A stretch of 64,000 bases of DNA from Malacoraja senta (Eukaryota), in contig JAXLNO010001025.1 of NCBI GenBank assembly GCA_038087875.1, forward strand, positions 62,001-126,000. Direction: 5' to 3'. How positions within the stretch are numbered: position 1 is the stretch's first letter; the number at the start of each line of letters is the position of its first letter. Position numbers and translations under genes: made by a program. The notes below the pieces were generated by a model, which saw only the letters and a list, made by a program, of their open reading frames with translations, had not been told where the DNA came from and did no database searches. Positions 25,401-37,842 of this stretch are shown here, piece by piece.

Positions 25401-28382
25401 ATTAAAGGATGATTGTAGATCTGGACCAGCTGGTATTGAGACTAAATTAATTAAGTTAGGAACTAATATTTTAATGTACCCACTATGCGACCTGTTTAAT
25501 TTGTCCTTCTCAACTTGTACCCTCCCTTCCGCATGGAAGTGTGCCAATGTTACTCCACTGCATAAGGGAGGCGACCCACAAGATATTAACAATTACCGCC
25601 CCATCTCAATTATCAACTCGGTGGCTAAAATCTTCGAGAAACTAGTGTTCAACCAGCTATCACTGTTGTTTGTCATGTACATCAATGACCTGGATGATGG
25701 TGTGGAAAATTGGATTAGTAAGTATGCAGATGATACTAAGATAGGTGGTGTTGTGGATAATGAAGTAGATTTTCAAAGTCTACAGAGAGATTTAGGCCAT
25801 TTGGAAGAGTGGGCTGAAAGATGGCAGATGGAGTTTAATGCTGACAAATGTGAGGTGCTACATCTCGGCAGGACAAATCAAAATAGGACGTACACGGTAA
25901 ATGGTAGCGAATTGAGGAATGCAGTTGAACAGAGGGATCTAGGAATAACTGTGCATAGTTCCCTGAAGGTAGAATCTCATGTAGATAGGGTGGTAAAGAA
26001 AGCTTTTGGTGTGCTGGCCTTTATAAATCAGAGCATTGAATATAGAAGTTGGGATGTAATGTTAAAATTGTACAAGGCATTGGTGAGGCCAATTCTGGAG
26101 TATGGAGTACAATTTTGGTCGCCTAATTATAGGAAGGATGTCAACAAAATAGAGAGAGTACAGAGGAGATTTACTAGAATGTTGCCTGGGTTTCAGCAAC
26201 TAAGTTACAGAGAAAGGTTGAACAAGTTAGGTCTTTATTCTTTGGAGCGCAGAAGGTTAAGAGGGGACTTGATAGAGGTCTTTAAAATTATGAGCGGGTT
26301 AGACAGAGTGGACGTGGATAAGCTTTTCCCATTGAGAGTAGGGAAGATTCAAACAAGGGGACATGACTTGAGAATTAAGGGACAGAAGTTTAGGGGGAAC
26401 ATTAGGGGGAACTTCTTTACTCAGAGAGTGGTAGCTGTGTGGAATGAGCTTCCAGTGGAAGTGGTGGAGGCAGGTTCGATGTTATCCTTTAAAAATAGAT
26501 TGGATAGGTATATGGACGGGAAAGGAATGGAGGGTTATGGTCTGAGTGCAGGTAGATGGGACTAGGGGGAAGTATTTATTTTTAATTAAAAAATATATAT
26601 TTTAAAAAAATGTTCGGCATGGACTTGAAGGGCCGCGATGGCCTGTTTCCGTGCTGTTATGGTTATATGGTTATATATGGTCTCAACTTTCAATATTCTA
26701 TCTCCATGCCAGTCTGGATTCAGACCTAATCACTCCACAACTACAGCTCTGTTAAAACTTACCAGCGATGTGTTCACTGCTTCCGAGGATGGTAAACTCA
26801 CCGGTGCCATCTTTCTTGATCTAACCAAGGCCTTTGATGTTGTTGACCACTACCTACTGCTTGATAAACTTTACTCTATTGGTCTTTCTCAAAACAATCT
26901 ACTGTGGTTTAACTCATACCTTCATAACAGACGCCAATGTGTCACCTTTAATGGAAGTCAATCCAATTCCTTAATTGTTGAGAAGGGGGTCCCGCAAGGT
27001 TCGTCCTTGGGACCACTCCTTTTCTCTATTTTCACAAACGACCTCCCTAATATCTGTTCTGACTGCCAAATACAACTATATGCCGATGATGCGGTGCTAC
27101 ATACATCTAGTACTAACAAGTCTGAAATTGAAAGAACCCTTCAATCAGATCTTACTTCTGTTCAGAAATGGCTATTATTTAACAAATTAATTTTAAATAA
27201 AAATAAATCATGCAGTATGTTATTTGGTACCAGACAAGGCCTTGGTAATTCTGTAGATCTGACTATATCATTTAATGAAGGATCACCATTAGAAAAAGTA
27301 TTGAACTTCAAATATCTTGGTGTTTGGCTTGACCCAACGCTTTCATTTACGCAGCATAGTGAGACGATTACTAAAAAACTTAGCTGTAATCTAGCTATTC
27401 TTTATCGCCATATAAATTGTTTCACCTTTCAGATGAGAAAAAGAATTGTCTCTCAACTACTACTACCAACACTGGATTATGCTGATATTGTCTATCAGAA
27501 TACATTTGATATACATCTTCAACCCCTTAATGTAGTTTATAATAGTCTTTGCAGATTTATTTTAAGGTGTCGATATATATCTCACCACTGTTCTATGTAC
27601 GAAACTCTAAACTTGTTATCCCCCCACGCTCGAAGATGCTACCACTGGTTCCAGTTCATCTTTAAATGCATCCACCTCAATTACCCTTCTTATTTAAAAC
27701 AAGACCTATTACCATACACACCCTCATATTCACTAAGACATATTCAGCAACCCTTCTTTTTCATTCCAAGAACTAACAAAGAAATTGGGAGACGTGCATT
27801 TAAATTCAAAGCTCCTTCTGACTGGAACACTCTGCCTAGTACCATAAGAACTATTAGCTCATTTTGTCTATTTAAAAATACACTTTTACCTTTCCTTATA
27901 AAACCATGTACCTGTTTCTAGTATTAGAGTCTTCGAGCTCCTTTATCTAGCTTGCTCTGAGTGTGATCATTTGGCATAACTATTGTATATGCATGGCCAT
28001 TACACTTATGTATTATTGTATTGCATAGTGTAACAAGGTCTCATATTGTATTATGTCACAATATCATGCATAATATATTATGTAATAATGTTGATAGTAT
28101 ATATTAACGTACGATGTATGATAGGTGGTATATGGTATTATGCACTAACATTATGCTGTAACACATAACTATTGTTATTATTGGATATGTAAAGTTAATT
28201 AACAATTGTTATAAACTATAACAAGTGGGGATGGAGGGGTTTTGGGATTGGTGTGTGGGTAGGTGGGTCAATGAGAGCCTCTATGTATGTTATGTCTTGT
28301 GCTGTATGTTCTATGTTGGACCCCCTCGAAAATGAGATGACTGTCCATCTCAAGGGGTTATCCATGAATAAACTTGTTTCAA
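22450..28382 (+). mobile_element. Near full-length LINE: L1-type (Tnp22/RRM) ORF1 plus L2/CR1-group APE-RT ORF2, flanked by 59-bp direct repeats
   Basis: ORF1 remnant AENRSRRSNLRFVGIP...ERCH...PRPILVKFHYFQDK (about 22720-23504). ORF2 LNIRSLLPK...GDFN...SDH, then QSGFR...DLTKAFD...PQGSSLGP...YADD (24100-27921). 3' stem-loop near 28320-28355. The whole block is absent from Z copies 1 and 3. Confidence 0.8.
25662..26680 (+). mobile_element. 5'-truncated CR1 LINE inserted into the RT domain of the host LINE
   Basis: YINDLD...SKYADDTKIGG...PILEYGVQFWSP...NFFTQRVV, with a (ggttatat)n-like tail. The host RT resumes at 26681. Confidence 0.9.
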
Positions 28383-29011
28383 AGGTGCTGGTGTTGACTC
28401 TTCAGTATCTGTTGTATCCTATTCGGAACCTGTCCATGTACTCTCCTGATGTGTTTTAGCCCAGTATCTGGTGTATTTGGTGCTCTCATAGAGTCATAGA
28501 TTAATACAGTGTGGAAACAGGCCCTTCAGCCCAACACGCCCACACCGGCCAACAATGTCCCAGCTGCCTAATCCCACTTGCCTGCACTTGGTCCATATCC
28601 CTCCAAACCTGTCCATGTACCTGTCTAACTGTTTCTTAAATGATGGACTACCTCCTCTGGCAGCTTGTTCCACACACCCACCACCCTCTGTGTGAAAATG
28701 TTACCCCTCGGATTCCTTTTAAATATTTTCCCATTCACCTTGAACCCATGTCCTCTGGTCCTCGATTCCCCTACTCTGGGTAAAAGACCATCTACCCGAT
28801 CTATTCCTCTTATGATTTTGTACACTTCTATAAGATCACCTCTCATCCTCCTACGCTCCATAGAATAGAGATCCAGCCTGCTCAACCTCTCTCGCACCCT
28901 CTAGTCCTGGCAACATCCTCGTAAATGTCCTGGCAATATCCTCAGCTGGTCCCTAAAGTGATGAGTAAAGTGATGATCAACTCCAAACATTTCATGTTCT
29001 TGTTATTTTCT

Positions 29012-29017
29012 TTTATT
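29012..29017 (-). terminator. PolyA signal of the membrane-form transcript
   Basis: AATAAA on the minus strand at the end of the putative TM2 3'UTR, conserved in all three copies of the block. Confidence 0.6.
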
Positions 29018-29599
29018 TATGTATCTAATTTCAAATGAAAACATGCAGTTCAGCAGAAAAATTAAAAAAATAAGCTGCAGATAATGAGTTAAACAACATC
29101 TGGTTTACAAAATCTGATTGAGCAAGTCCCCAAGCATCGGCCCCCCCTCCACCACATTGCTTCCTGTTCCTTCTCCCCTCCCCATGCCCCCTTCTTGCTC
29201 CACAATATCAGCGCATCCCTCCCCCTCCCACACTCCCCTCTTCTCCTTCACTCATCACATTCCCACCCCCTGCTCCCCTTTTGCAAACATTAATCCTGCC
29301 TTCCTCTCCCACTCCTGAATGCCACCCACTCCAGTGTCTCATACCCTGAAATTTTCCAACTATAATGTCCTATCCTGTCCCCCCCACCACCCCCCTCCCC
29401 CACCCACGCCCCTCAGTCACAACCGGTTTCTTCCCCAGCATCCCCAGTGCATTTCCAAGTTTATCTCCTGAAATGAGCGTTTGCAGTGCAGTAGCCTCGG
29501 ATTGCCGAGTGAGTGAATGAAAGACAGGGAGACTCCATTTGCCAACGGCAGCAGCTGCATGGCGATCTCTTGAGTGAATGTGGCGTGTGTGTTGGCTGG

Positions 29600-29611
29600 T
29601 CATTGCTGCAC
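29600..29611 (-). CDS. Probable TM2 exon (cytoplasmic tail VQQ-stop)
   Basis: ctttcctgtgtatattacag|GTG CAG CAA TGA. It gives K|VQQ*, analogous to the IgM K|VK* TM2, and is followed by an approximately 590-nt 3'UTR and AATAAA. Confidence 0.65.
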   Translation of the reverse strand: MQQ

Positions 29612-29944
29612 CTGTAATATACACAGGAAAGTCAGACATTGTGTGTGGCAAGGTGCAGCACAGATGGTGATCTGTAGGGACAGGCAAACTAAATAACAGA
29701 CAGTCTGTCCTGAATCTCGGAGATAGACCCTCATGGACAGGGGGTCTGCAACATTTCTAGGACCCTCGAGGATTGGTGGTCTGTGCATGTTTGTAGGAGC
29801 TGGACCCTCATGGACAGGTGGTCTTTCATTAGTGGCCCAGGTCAACTCTAAGGGATACACAGTCTGAATACCAGTTGTGGGCTGAAGAGAGGTTCCGTAC
29901 CTCGGCTCAGGTTTCAGATACGGAGTACCCTGTTAGTTGTAGTT

Positions 29945-30245
29945 TAGTGATACAGCATGGAAACAAGCCCTTCAGCCCACCGAGACTGCGCCAACCAGCG
30001 ATCCCCGCACATTAACACTACCCTACACACACTAGGAACAATTTTTTACATTTACACCAAGCCAATTAACCTACAAACCTGTACATCTTTGGAGTTTGGG
30101 AGGAAACGGAAGATGTCGGAGAAGACCCACGCAGGTCACGGGGAGAACGTACAAACTCCGTACAGACAGCACCCGTAGTCAGGATGGAACCCGGGGTCTC
30201 TGGCGCTGTAAGGCAGCAACTCTATCGCTGTGCCACCATGCCGCC
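29945..30245 (-). mobile_element. tRNA-derived V-SINE (HE1-like)
   Basis: Head ggtggcacagcgatagagttgctgccttacagcgccagagacccc..., central acgggtgctgtctgtacggagtttgtacgttctcccc. Confidence 0.8.
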
Positions 30246-30399
30246 CAACATTTGACATGAATACAACGTTTGTTTGATTTCCATGTTTGAGCTCAGGGTC
30301 ATTGCCCCAAATACCCAACGTTCTATGAATGTTTGCTGTATCGAGGCCCAGAGGAGAGGAATAAAGAGGAAAGGTTCAAAGACCAGGGGGATGTGATGG

Positions 30400-33300
30400 G
30401 TACCATAGAAACATAGAAAATAGGTGCAGGAAGAGGCCATTCGGCCCTTCAAGCCAGCACCGCCATTCATTGTGATCATGGCTGATTATCCCCAATCAAT
30501 AACTCGTGCCTGCCTTCTACCCATATCCCTTGATTCCACTAGCCCCTAGAGCTCTATCTAACTCTCTCTTAAATCCATCCAGTGATTTGGCCTCCACTGC
30601 CCTCTGTGGCAGGGAATTCCACAAATTCACAACTCTCTGGGTGAAAACGTTTTTTCTCACATCAGTCTTAAATGGCCTCCCCTTTATTCTAAGACTGTGG
30701 CCCCTGGTTCTGGACTCGCCCAACATTGGGAACATTTTTCCTGCATCTAGCTTGTCCAGTCCTTATATAATTGTATATGTTTCTATAAGATCTCCCCTCA
30801 TCCTTCTAAACACCAGTGAATACAAGCCTAGTCTTTTCAATCTTTCCTCATATGACAGTCCCACCATCCCAGGGATCAATCTCGCGAACCTATGCTGCAC
30901 TGCCTTAATCACAAGGATGTCCTTCCTCAAATTAGGAGACCAAAACTGTACACAATACTCCAGATGTGGTCTTACCAGAGCCACATACAACTGCAGAAGA
31001 ACCTCTTTACTCCTATACTGAAATCCTCTTGTTATGAAGGCCAACATTCCATTAGCTTTCTTCACTGCCTGCTGTACCTCCCCCTTACCTAACCTAACCC
31101 CATTGAGATAATAATCTTCCCCCTTGTTTTTGCCGCCAAAGCGGATAGCCTCACATTTATTTATATATACTGCATCTGCGACACATCTGCCCACTCACTC
31201 AACCTGTCCAGGTCACCCTGCAACCTCATAACATCCTCTTCACAGTTCACACTGCCACCCAGCTTTGTGTCATCCGCAAACTTGCTAGTGTTGCTCCTAA
31301 TTCCCTCTTCCAAATCATTAATATATATGGTAAACAGTTGCGGCCCCAACACCGAGCCTTGCGGCACTCGACTCGCCACTGCCTGCCATTCTGAAAAGGA
31401 TCCATACACTCCTACTCTTTGCTTCCTGTCTGCCAAATAATGTTCTATCCATGTCAACACCCTACCACCAATACCATGAGCTCTAATTTTAGTCACCAGT
31501 CTCCCGTGCGGGACCTCATCAAAGGCTTTCTGAAAGTCTAGATACACTACATCCACTGGCTCCCCTTCATCCATTTTACTTGTCACATCCTTAAAAAATT
31601 CCAGAAGATTAGTCAAGCATGATTTTCCTTTCAAAAATCCATGTTGACTTGGACTAATCCTTTTACTGCTATCCAAATGCCCCATTATTACCTCTTTAAT
31701 AATTGACCAGCATCTTTCCCAAGTCAGGCTAACTGGTCTGTAATTCCCCGTTTTCTCTCTAGCTCCTTTCTTGAAAAGTGGGATAACATTAGCTGTCCTC
31801 CAATCCACAGGAACTGATCCTGAATCTATTGAACATTGGAAAATGATCGGCAATGCACCCACTATTTCTAGAGCCACCTCCCTGAGGACCCTGGGATGCA
31901 GACAATCAGGCCCAGGGGATTTTTCATCCTTCATTCCCATTAGCCTCCCCAATACAATTTCTCGCCTAATGACATTTTCTCTCAGTTCCTCTACCCCCTT
32001 AGATCCTCTGTCCTCCAGTACATCTGCGAGATTGATTGTTTCTTCCTTAGTGAAGACAGATCCGAAGTACCTGTTCAACTCTTCTGCCATTTCCATGTTT
32101 CCCATAATAATTTCTTCCGTAGGTAGACGTCTGAAGAAGGGTTTCAGCCCAAAACATTGCCTATTTCCTTCGCTCCATAGATGCTGCCGCACCCGCTGAG
32201 TTTCTCCAGCATTTTTGTCTACCTTCGATTTTGCAGCATCTGCAGTTCCTTCTTGAACATAATTTCACCCATGTCTGCCTTCAAGGAACCCACATTTGAC
32301 TTTGCTATTCTTTTTCCCTTAACATATCAAAGAAGCTTTTACTGTCCTTCTTTACATTCCTGGCCAGCTTCCCCTCGTACTTCATCTTTTCAGCCCATAT
32401 TTTTTCCTTCTGTTGTCCTATGAAAGTTTCCCAATCCTCTGGCTTCCGGCTACTATTTGCTGTATTATACATCTTTTCTTTTAGTTTTATTCTATCCCTA
32501 ACTTCTCTTGTCAGCCACGGTTGCCTCCTACTCCCCTTAGAATCTTTCTTCCTTTTTGGAATGAAATGATCCCGCGTCTTCCAGATTATGCCCAGAAATT
32601 CCTGCCATTGTTGTTCCACCGTCATTCCTGCTAGGATCCCTTTCCAGTCTACCTTGGCCAGCTCCTCTCTCATGGCTTCATAGTCCCCTTTGTTCAACTG
32701 CATCACTGACACTTCCGATTTAACCTACGCCTTCTCAAATTGCAGATTAAAACTAATCATATTATGATCACTACCTCCAAGCGGTTCCTTTACCTCGAGT
32801 TCTCTTATCATATCTGGTTCATTGGACAACACTAAATCCAGAATTGCCTTTTCTCTGGTCGGCTCCATAAGAAGCTGCTCTAAGAATCCATCTCGGAGGC
32901 ACTCTACAAACTCTCTTAATTGAGGTCCTGAACCAACCTGATTTTCCCAGTCTACCTGCATATTGAAATCCCCCATCACCACAGTGGCATTACCTTTGTT
33001 ACATGCCAGTTTTAACTCCTGCTGCAACTTACACCCTACATCCGGGCTACTATTTGGGGGTCTGTAGATAACACCAATTAGTGTCTTCTTGCCTTTGCAA
33101 TTCCTCAACTCAATCCACAGTGACTCTACCTCTTCAGTCCCAATGTCTTCCCTCGCAAGGAACTGAATTCCATCCCTCACCAGCAGAGCTACCCCTCTCC
33201 TCTGCCCACCTGCCTGTCCTTTCTATAGGCTGTATAACCCTGAATATTAAGTTCCCAGGCCCGATCCTCCTGCAGCCATGTCTCAGTAATCCCCACAATG

Positions 33301-33545
33301 TCATATCTACCAACCTGTAACTGAGCCTCAAACTCATCTACTTTACTTTTTATACTTCACGCATTCATATACAATATTATTAATTCCTTACGCATCTCAC
33401 CTTTCACATCGATCCCTTTTACAGTTGGCCATACACTCCTATCCCTTTGTGAGCTTTCTTTCCCGCTAATTCTGGGGTCATTAACTATCGCTTTACTCCT
33501 TTTCCCTTTAACTCCGTCCCTGACTATCCATTTGACACCCCCCCC
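30400..33545 (-). mobile_element. CR1/HER1-type LINE, nearly complete but frameshifted ORF2, in the TM1-TM2 intron
   Basis: EN fragments (IYRPPN, VMGDFN, ILDLVL, GSDH), RT fragments (PGPD, YRPVSL, DFQKAFD, PQGSVLGP, FADDTKL) and the shark CR1 tail. Confidence 0.93.
32115..32258 (+). mobile_element. About 144-bp Penelope-pLTR-derived insertion with ATAATTTC TSD inside the CR1
   Basis: ATAATTTC at 32107-32114 and 32259-32266 flanks ctgaagaagggtttcagccc...tgcagttccttc. Confidence 0.75.
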
Positions 33546-33681
33546 CCCTTATTGTCCCAGACTGCATCATCTGTTGGCCGTGGTGTGGTGAGGATTGGAG
33601 AGTCAGAGAACACAGTGTAGTGAGGAATGGACGGTCACAGTGTGGGGGTCACAAAGTATCTCTATCGTTGGTCATCATTAC

Positions 33682-33821
33682 CTTGACAACGGTGACGAAG
33701 GTACTGTAGAGGAAACTGATAATGAACAGGATGGCGAAGGCAGCAACTGTGAGCACATTGTCATCTCCATCCAAGTCCCCCAGCTCCTCCTTCCCTTCCT
33801 CTTCTGTCAAGTCTGTGCCGG
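33682..33821 (-). CDS. Ig heavy-chain transmembrane exon TM1
   Basis: Acceptor ctcatttgtcctgaag|, donor |gtaatg, 140 nt (phase 1/0). Encodes GTDLTEEEGKEELGDLDGDDNVLTVAAFAILFIISFLYSTFVTVVK: an acidic spacer plus the CART motif (F..LF..S..YST.VT..K). Confidence 0.95.
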
Positions 33822-34754
33822 CTTCAGGACAAATGAGAAGGTGAGACAGTTAGTTTGCCACGGATGTTTTGTGAAGATCAACAACGTGTGAATAAAATGA
33901 AGACAACAGGAGGACAGGACGACAGGAGGTTCGGGTCAGTTCCACTGTTCAATGATATGTGGAGATCTATCACCAGCTCCACTGAGCTGACTTTCCCCCA
34001 CATCCATTAACATCTCGTATAGTCAAACTCTGCAATCTCAGATTTAAAACCACCTTCAGACCTGGAACCAAATGGCAACTGTGGAAGGCAATTCCAAACT
34101 TCCATGAGCCTCTGATAGACACAAAAAGCTGGAGTAACTCAGTGGGGCAGGCAGTATCTCTGGAGAGAAGGAATGGGTGAGGTTTCGTGTCGAGACCCTT
34201 CTTCAGACGCCATGACCCTCTTCCATGCAGCATGGCTGCCTCGAACTTTTAGACCCTGTACTTTGTATAAAGTTGGATTTCCATAAATCAGGGAGATCAT
34301 TTGTAACCCAGGGAGCACTGTACACAACTAAAAAATAATTCCTCCTCATCTAGTTAGTTTAGTTTATTGTCACGTGTACCGAGGTACAGTGAAAAGCTTT
34401 TGTTGCGTGCTAACCAGTCAGCGGAAAGACAAAATATGATTACAAATGAGTCATTCACAGTGTATACATACACGATAAGGGATTAACGTTTAATGCAAGG
34501 TAAAACCAGTAAAGTCCGATCAAAGATAGTCCGAGGGTCTCCAGTGAGGGAGATAGTAGTTCAGGACCGCTCTCTGGATGTGGTAGGATGATTCAGTTGC
34601 CTAATAACATCTGGGAAGAAACTGTCCCTGAATGTGGAGCTGTGTAAATAGATCATCTCAGGATAATCTATTCAGCTTGCTCCCATTAACTTTGTGAAAA
34701 CATCAAACAAATCTTCCTTTAGCCTTTTAAATGACAACTTATTCAGCACCGTGA

Positions 34755-35440
34755 AAGTAAGCTTGCAGGCAAGTACAGCAGGCAGTGAAGAAAGCGAATG
34801 GCATGTTGGTCTTCATAACAAGAGGAGTTGAGTATAGGAGCAAAGAGGTCCTTCTGCAGTTGTACGGTGGCCTAGTGAGACCACACCTGGAGTATTGTGT
34901 GCAGTTTTAGTCCCTAATTTGAGGAAGGACATTCTTGCTATTGAGGGAGTGCCGCGTAGGTTTACAAGGTAAATTCCCAGGATGGTGGGACTGTCATATG
35001 CTGAGAGAATGGAGCGGTTAGGCTTGTATACTCTGGAGTTTAGAAGGATGAGAGGTGAAACTTATTGAAACATATAAGATTATTAAGGGTTTGGACATGC
35101 TAGAGGCAGGAAACATGTTCCAGATGTTGGGTAAGTCCAGAACATGGAGCCACAGTTTAAGAATAAGTGGTAAGCCATTTAGAATGGAGATGAGGAAACA
35201 CTGTTTCACACAGAAAGTTGTGAGTCTGTGGAATTCTCTGCCTCAGAGGGCGGTGGAGGCTGGTTCTCTGGATACTTTCAAGAGAGAGCTAGAAAGGGCT
35301 CTTAAAGATAGCGGAGTCAGGGGATATGGGGAGAAGGCAGGAACGGGGTACTGATTGTGGATGATCAGCCATGATCACATTGATAGCTGGTTCGAAGGGC
35401 CGAATGGCCTACTCCTGCACCTATTGTCTATTGTCTATTT
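34755..35440 (+). mobile_element. CR1 3' fragment
   Basis: RPHLEYCVQF, SLWNSLPQRAVEAGSLDTFKRELE, shark tail. Confidence 0.85.
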
Positions 35441-36110
35441 GGGTGTGGTCCACACACATTTATAGAGCTGGTTCTTGCCACAGATTTGCCCATTCACTTC
35501 ATGTATCCTTATCTCAGCAAGGACACCATCTAGATGCTCTGTTGACACTTCTGCTTGCCTTGTGTGAGCAGCAAACTTGATCATGTGGCTTTCTATCCGA
35601 CATCTCAACTTTCAATAAATATAGTGAATAGCTTCAGCCCTGAACACATTTCCACAGGCAAAGCTCATCACTGGCGCTTCCTTCTGTAACCTTCCTCTTT
35701 CTGAATGAGTTTATCAAATGCATTCACATAGATGATCAAAACTCCTTTCCCTCTTCATTAGCTTTGAATATTTTAAAGACCAGAAAGGTTCATCAGAAAT
35801 GTGTGGGAAGGAACTGCAGATGCTGGTTTACACCGAAGATAGACATAAAATGCTGGAGTAACTCTGTAGGACATGCAGCATCTCTGGATAGAAGGAATGG
35901 GTGACGTTTCGGGTCGAGACCCTCCTTCAGAATGTTCTATTCTTTGGACGGAGGAGACTAATACATGTATATTTACATAATCTGTAGAAATGTATAGAGT
36001 GAAAGACAATTTGCAATCTTAGATCCAGGTCACCTGTTCCCCACCAACTTGGCAACACCTCCCAAAACGCACCAACTGGGAACACCAACACCAACACTAC
36101 ATGTATATTC

Positions 36111-36116
36111 TTTATT
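36111..36116 (-). terminator. Second polyA-like site between the extra C exons and TM1
   Basis: AATAAA plus a GT-rich downstream element. The flanks (tttattgaac...tacattgacaca; cccaaaac.cacca on +) resemble those of the secretory polyA site at 46097. Confidence 0.5.
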
Positions 36117-36256
36117 GAACATTGATAGGTTACATTGACACAAACACACATGTAGCCTCTCGTGGGGTCTCTGCAGGTTTCAAGCAGGATCAGACCTGAC
36201 ACAAAGACGTATTCATACAAACTGCAAGTTCTCTGAAATTTTAGTAATTGATGTTT

Positions 36257-36722
36257 CAAGAGTCAAGAGAGTTTTATTGTCATGTGTCCCAGATAGGACA
36301 ACGAAATTCTTGCTTGCTGCAGCACAACAGAATATGTAAACATAATACAGAACAGGAGATAAAAGATCAGTGTGTCTATAGACCATAGACCATATATATA
36401 TACAATAAATAAACAGATAAAGTGCAATAGGCTTTTATTGTTCAGAGTTTGTTTGATGGCCTGATGGCGGTGGGGAAATGCCTATTCCTGAACCTGGATG
36501 TTCCAGATTTCAAGCTCCTGTATCTTCTTCCCGATGAGTGTGTGGCCAGGATGGTGTGGTTCTTTGATGATGTTGGCAGCCTTTTTGAGGCAATGACTGC
36601 GATAGATCCCTTCGATGGTGGGGAGGTCAGAGCCAATGATGGACTGGGCTGTGGTCACAACTTTCTGCATTCTTTTCCGCTCCTGGACGTTCAAGTTGCC
36701 GAACCAAGCCATGATACAACCA
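36257..36722 (-). mobile_element. Rex1/Babar-like non-LTR 3' fragment
   Basis: GCIMAWFGNL...RKRMQKVVTTAQ..I...CLKKA..II....HP; (tcttga)n tail. Confidence 0.75.
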
Positions 36723-37842
36723 GTTATGTTTAACCAAAAAGTTATGTTTGATATGGATTTGGTCTGGAATCCATTTTCATTCTCAGTTGACGTTCTCTCC
36801 CTGGCTGAGTAATGTGCACCGATGTGAACCCTGGAACACCAGTCTGTACGAGACACTGAATAGCAGTGACTTTCTGGAGAGACATTCCCTTTCCTCAAGA
36901 GTAGCAACTGCTCAACTAACCACAACATGGTCTTGTTACTATCGGCACAATATCACAAGAGGAGATAACAACATTTGACAGAGTGCAGGAGATGGTTAGA
37001 CATAGTTGACGCAGAGACTATAACAATGTTTAAAAGTTATTTGGACAGGTACATGGACAGGACGAATAGTGAAAGGCCTGGATAGAGCTGATGTAAAGAG
37101 GATGATTCCACTGGTGGGAGAGTCGAGGACCAGAGCCTCAGAATTAAAGGAGGTTCCTCTAGGAAGATGAGGAGGAATTAGTTTAGTCACAGGGTAGTGA
37201 ATCTGAGGAATTCATTGCCACAGAAGGCTGTGGAGGCCCACTCAATGGGTATTTATAAAGCAGAGATAGATCGATTCTTGATTAGTATTGGTGTCAAGGG
37301 GAAAGGGCAGGAGAATGGGGTTAGGAAGGAGAGATAGATCAGCCATGATTGAATGGCAGAGTAGACTTGATGGGCTGAATGGCCTAATTCTGCTCCTATC
37401 ACATGAACATGAGATGATCAGTGATTTGGGCCAAACACGGGGAGACGGGACTAGTGTAGATCTGGCACCTTGGTTGGCAAAGGCAAGCTGAACCGAAGGG
37501 CCTGTTAACATCCTGTATAAATCTATGACTCCATGATCACTCCAATGCCAACACGCTTGTACCCAGCTCCATCCACACAATGGACTTTCTGATGGACCTC
37601 TTTTCCAGTGTCGACAAACAATTGTACAAGTGCAAATACTCGACCTCACTCTTCAAATTAGCAGCAAGACAACTAGTCTGAGATGCCACACACAGAGGTC
37701 CGACAACAATAAGTGGACTGACCCTGTGACACTAATTTTGAAGAACAGCAGGCTTGGTCTTCTCAGTGTCCTGGCTACTGAGGAGTTTTGGAATAAACTG
37801 AAGTTGTGAAAGCACAGAAATATTTAGCATTGTGCCCTAGTC

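Noticed and set aside
30250-30400. Pyrimidine tract and acceptor that could be an alternative TM2 (QTFIERWVFG...)
   Set aside because: The frame runs into a SINE, and it has no associated UTR/polyA or paralogous conservation. The VQQ exon fits better.
37530-37830. Unique segment with several AG acceptors downstream of the last C exon
   Set aside because: The phase-1 translations (VYSKTPQ*, VARTLRR..., GH*) show no Ig or tailpiece features.
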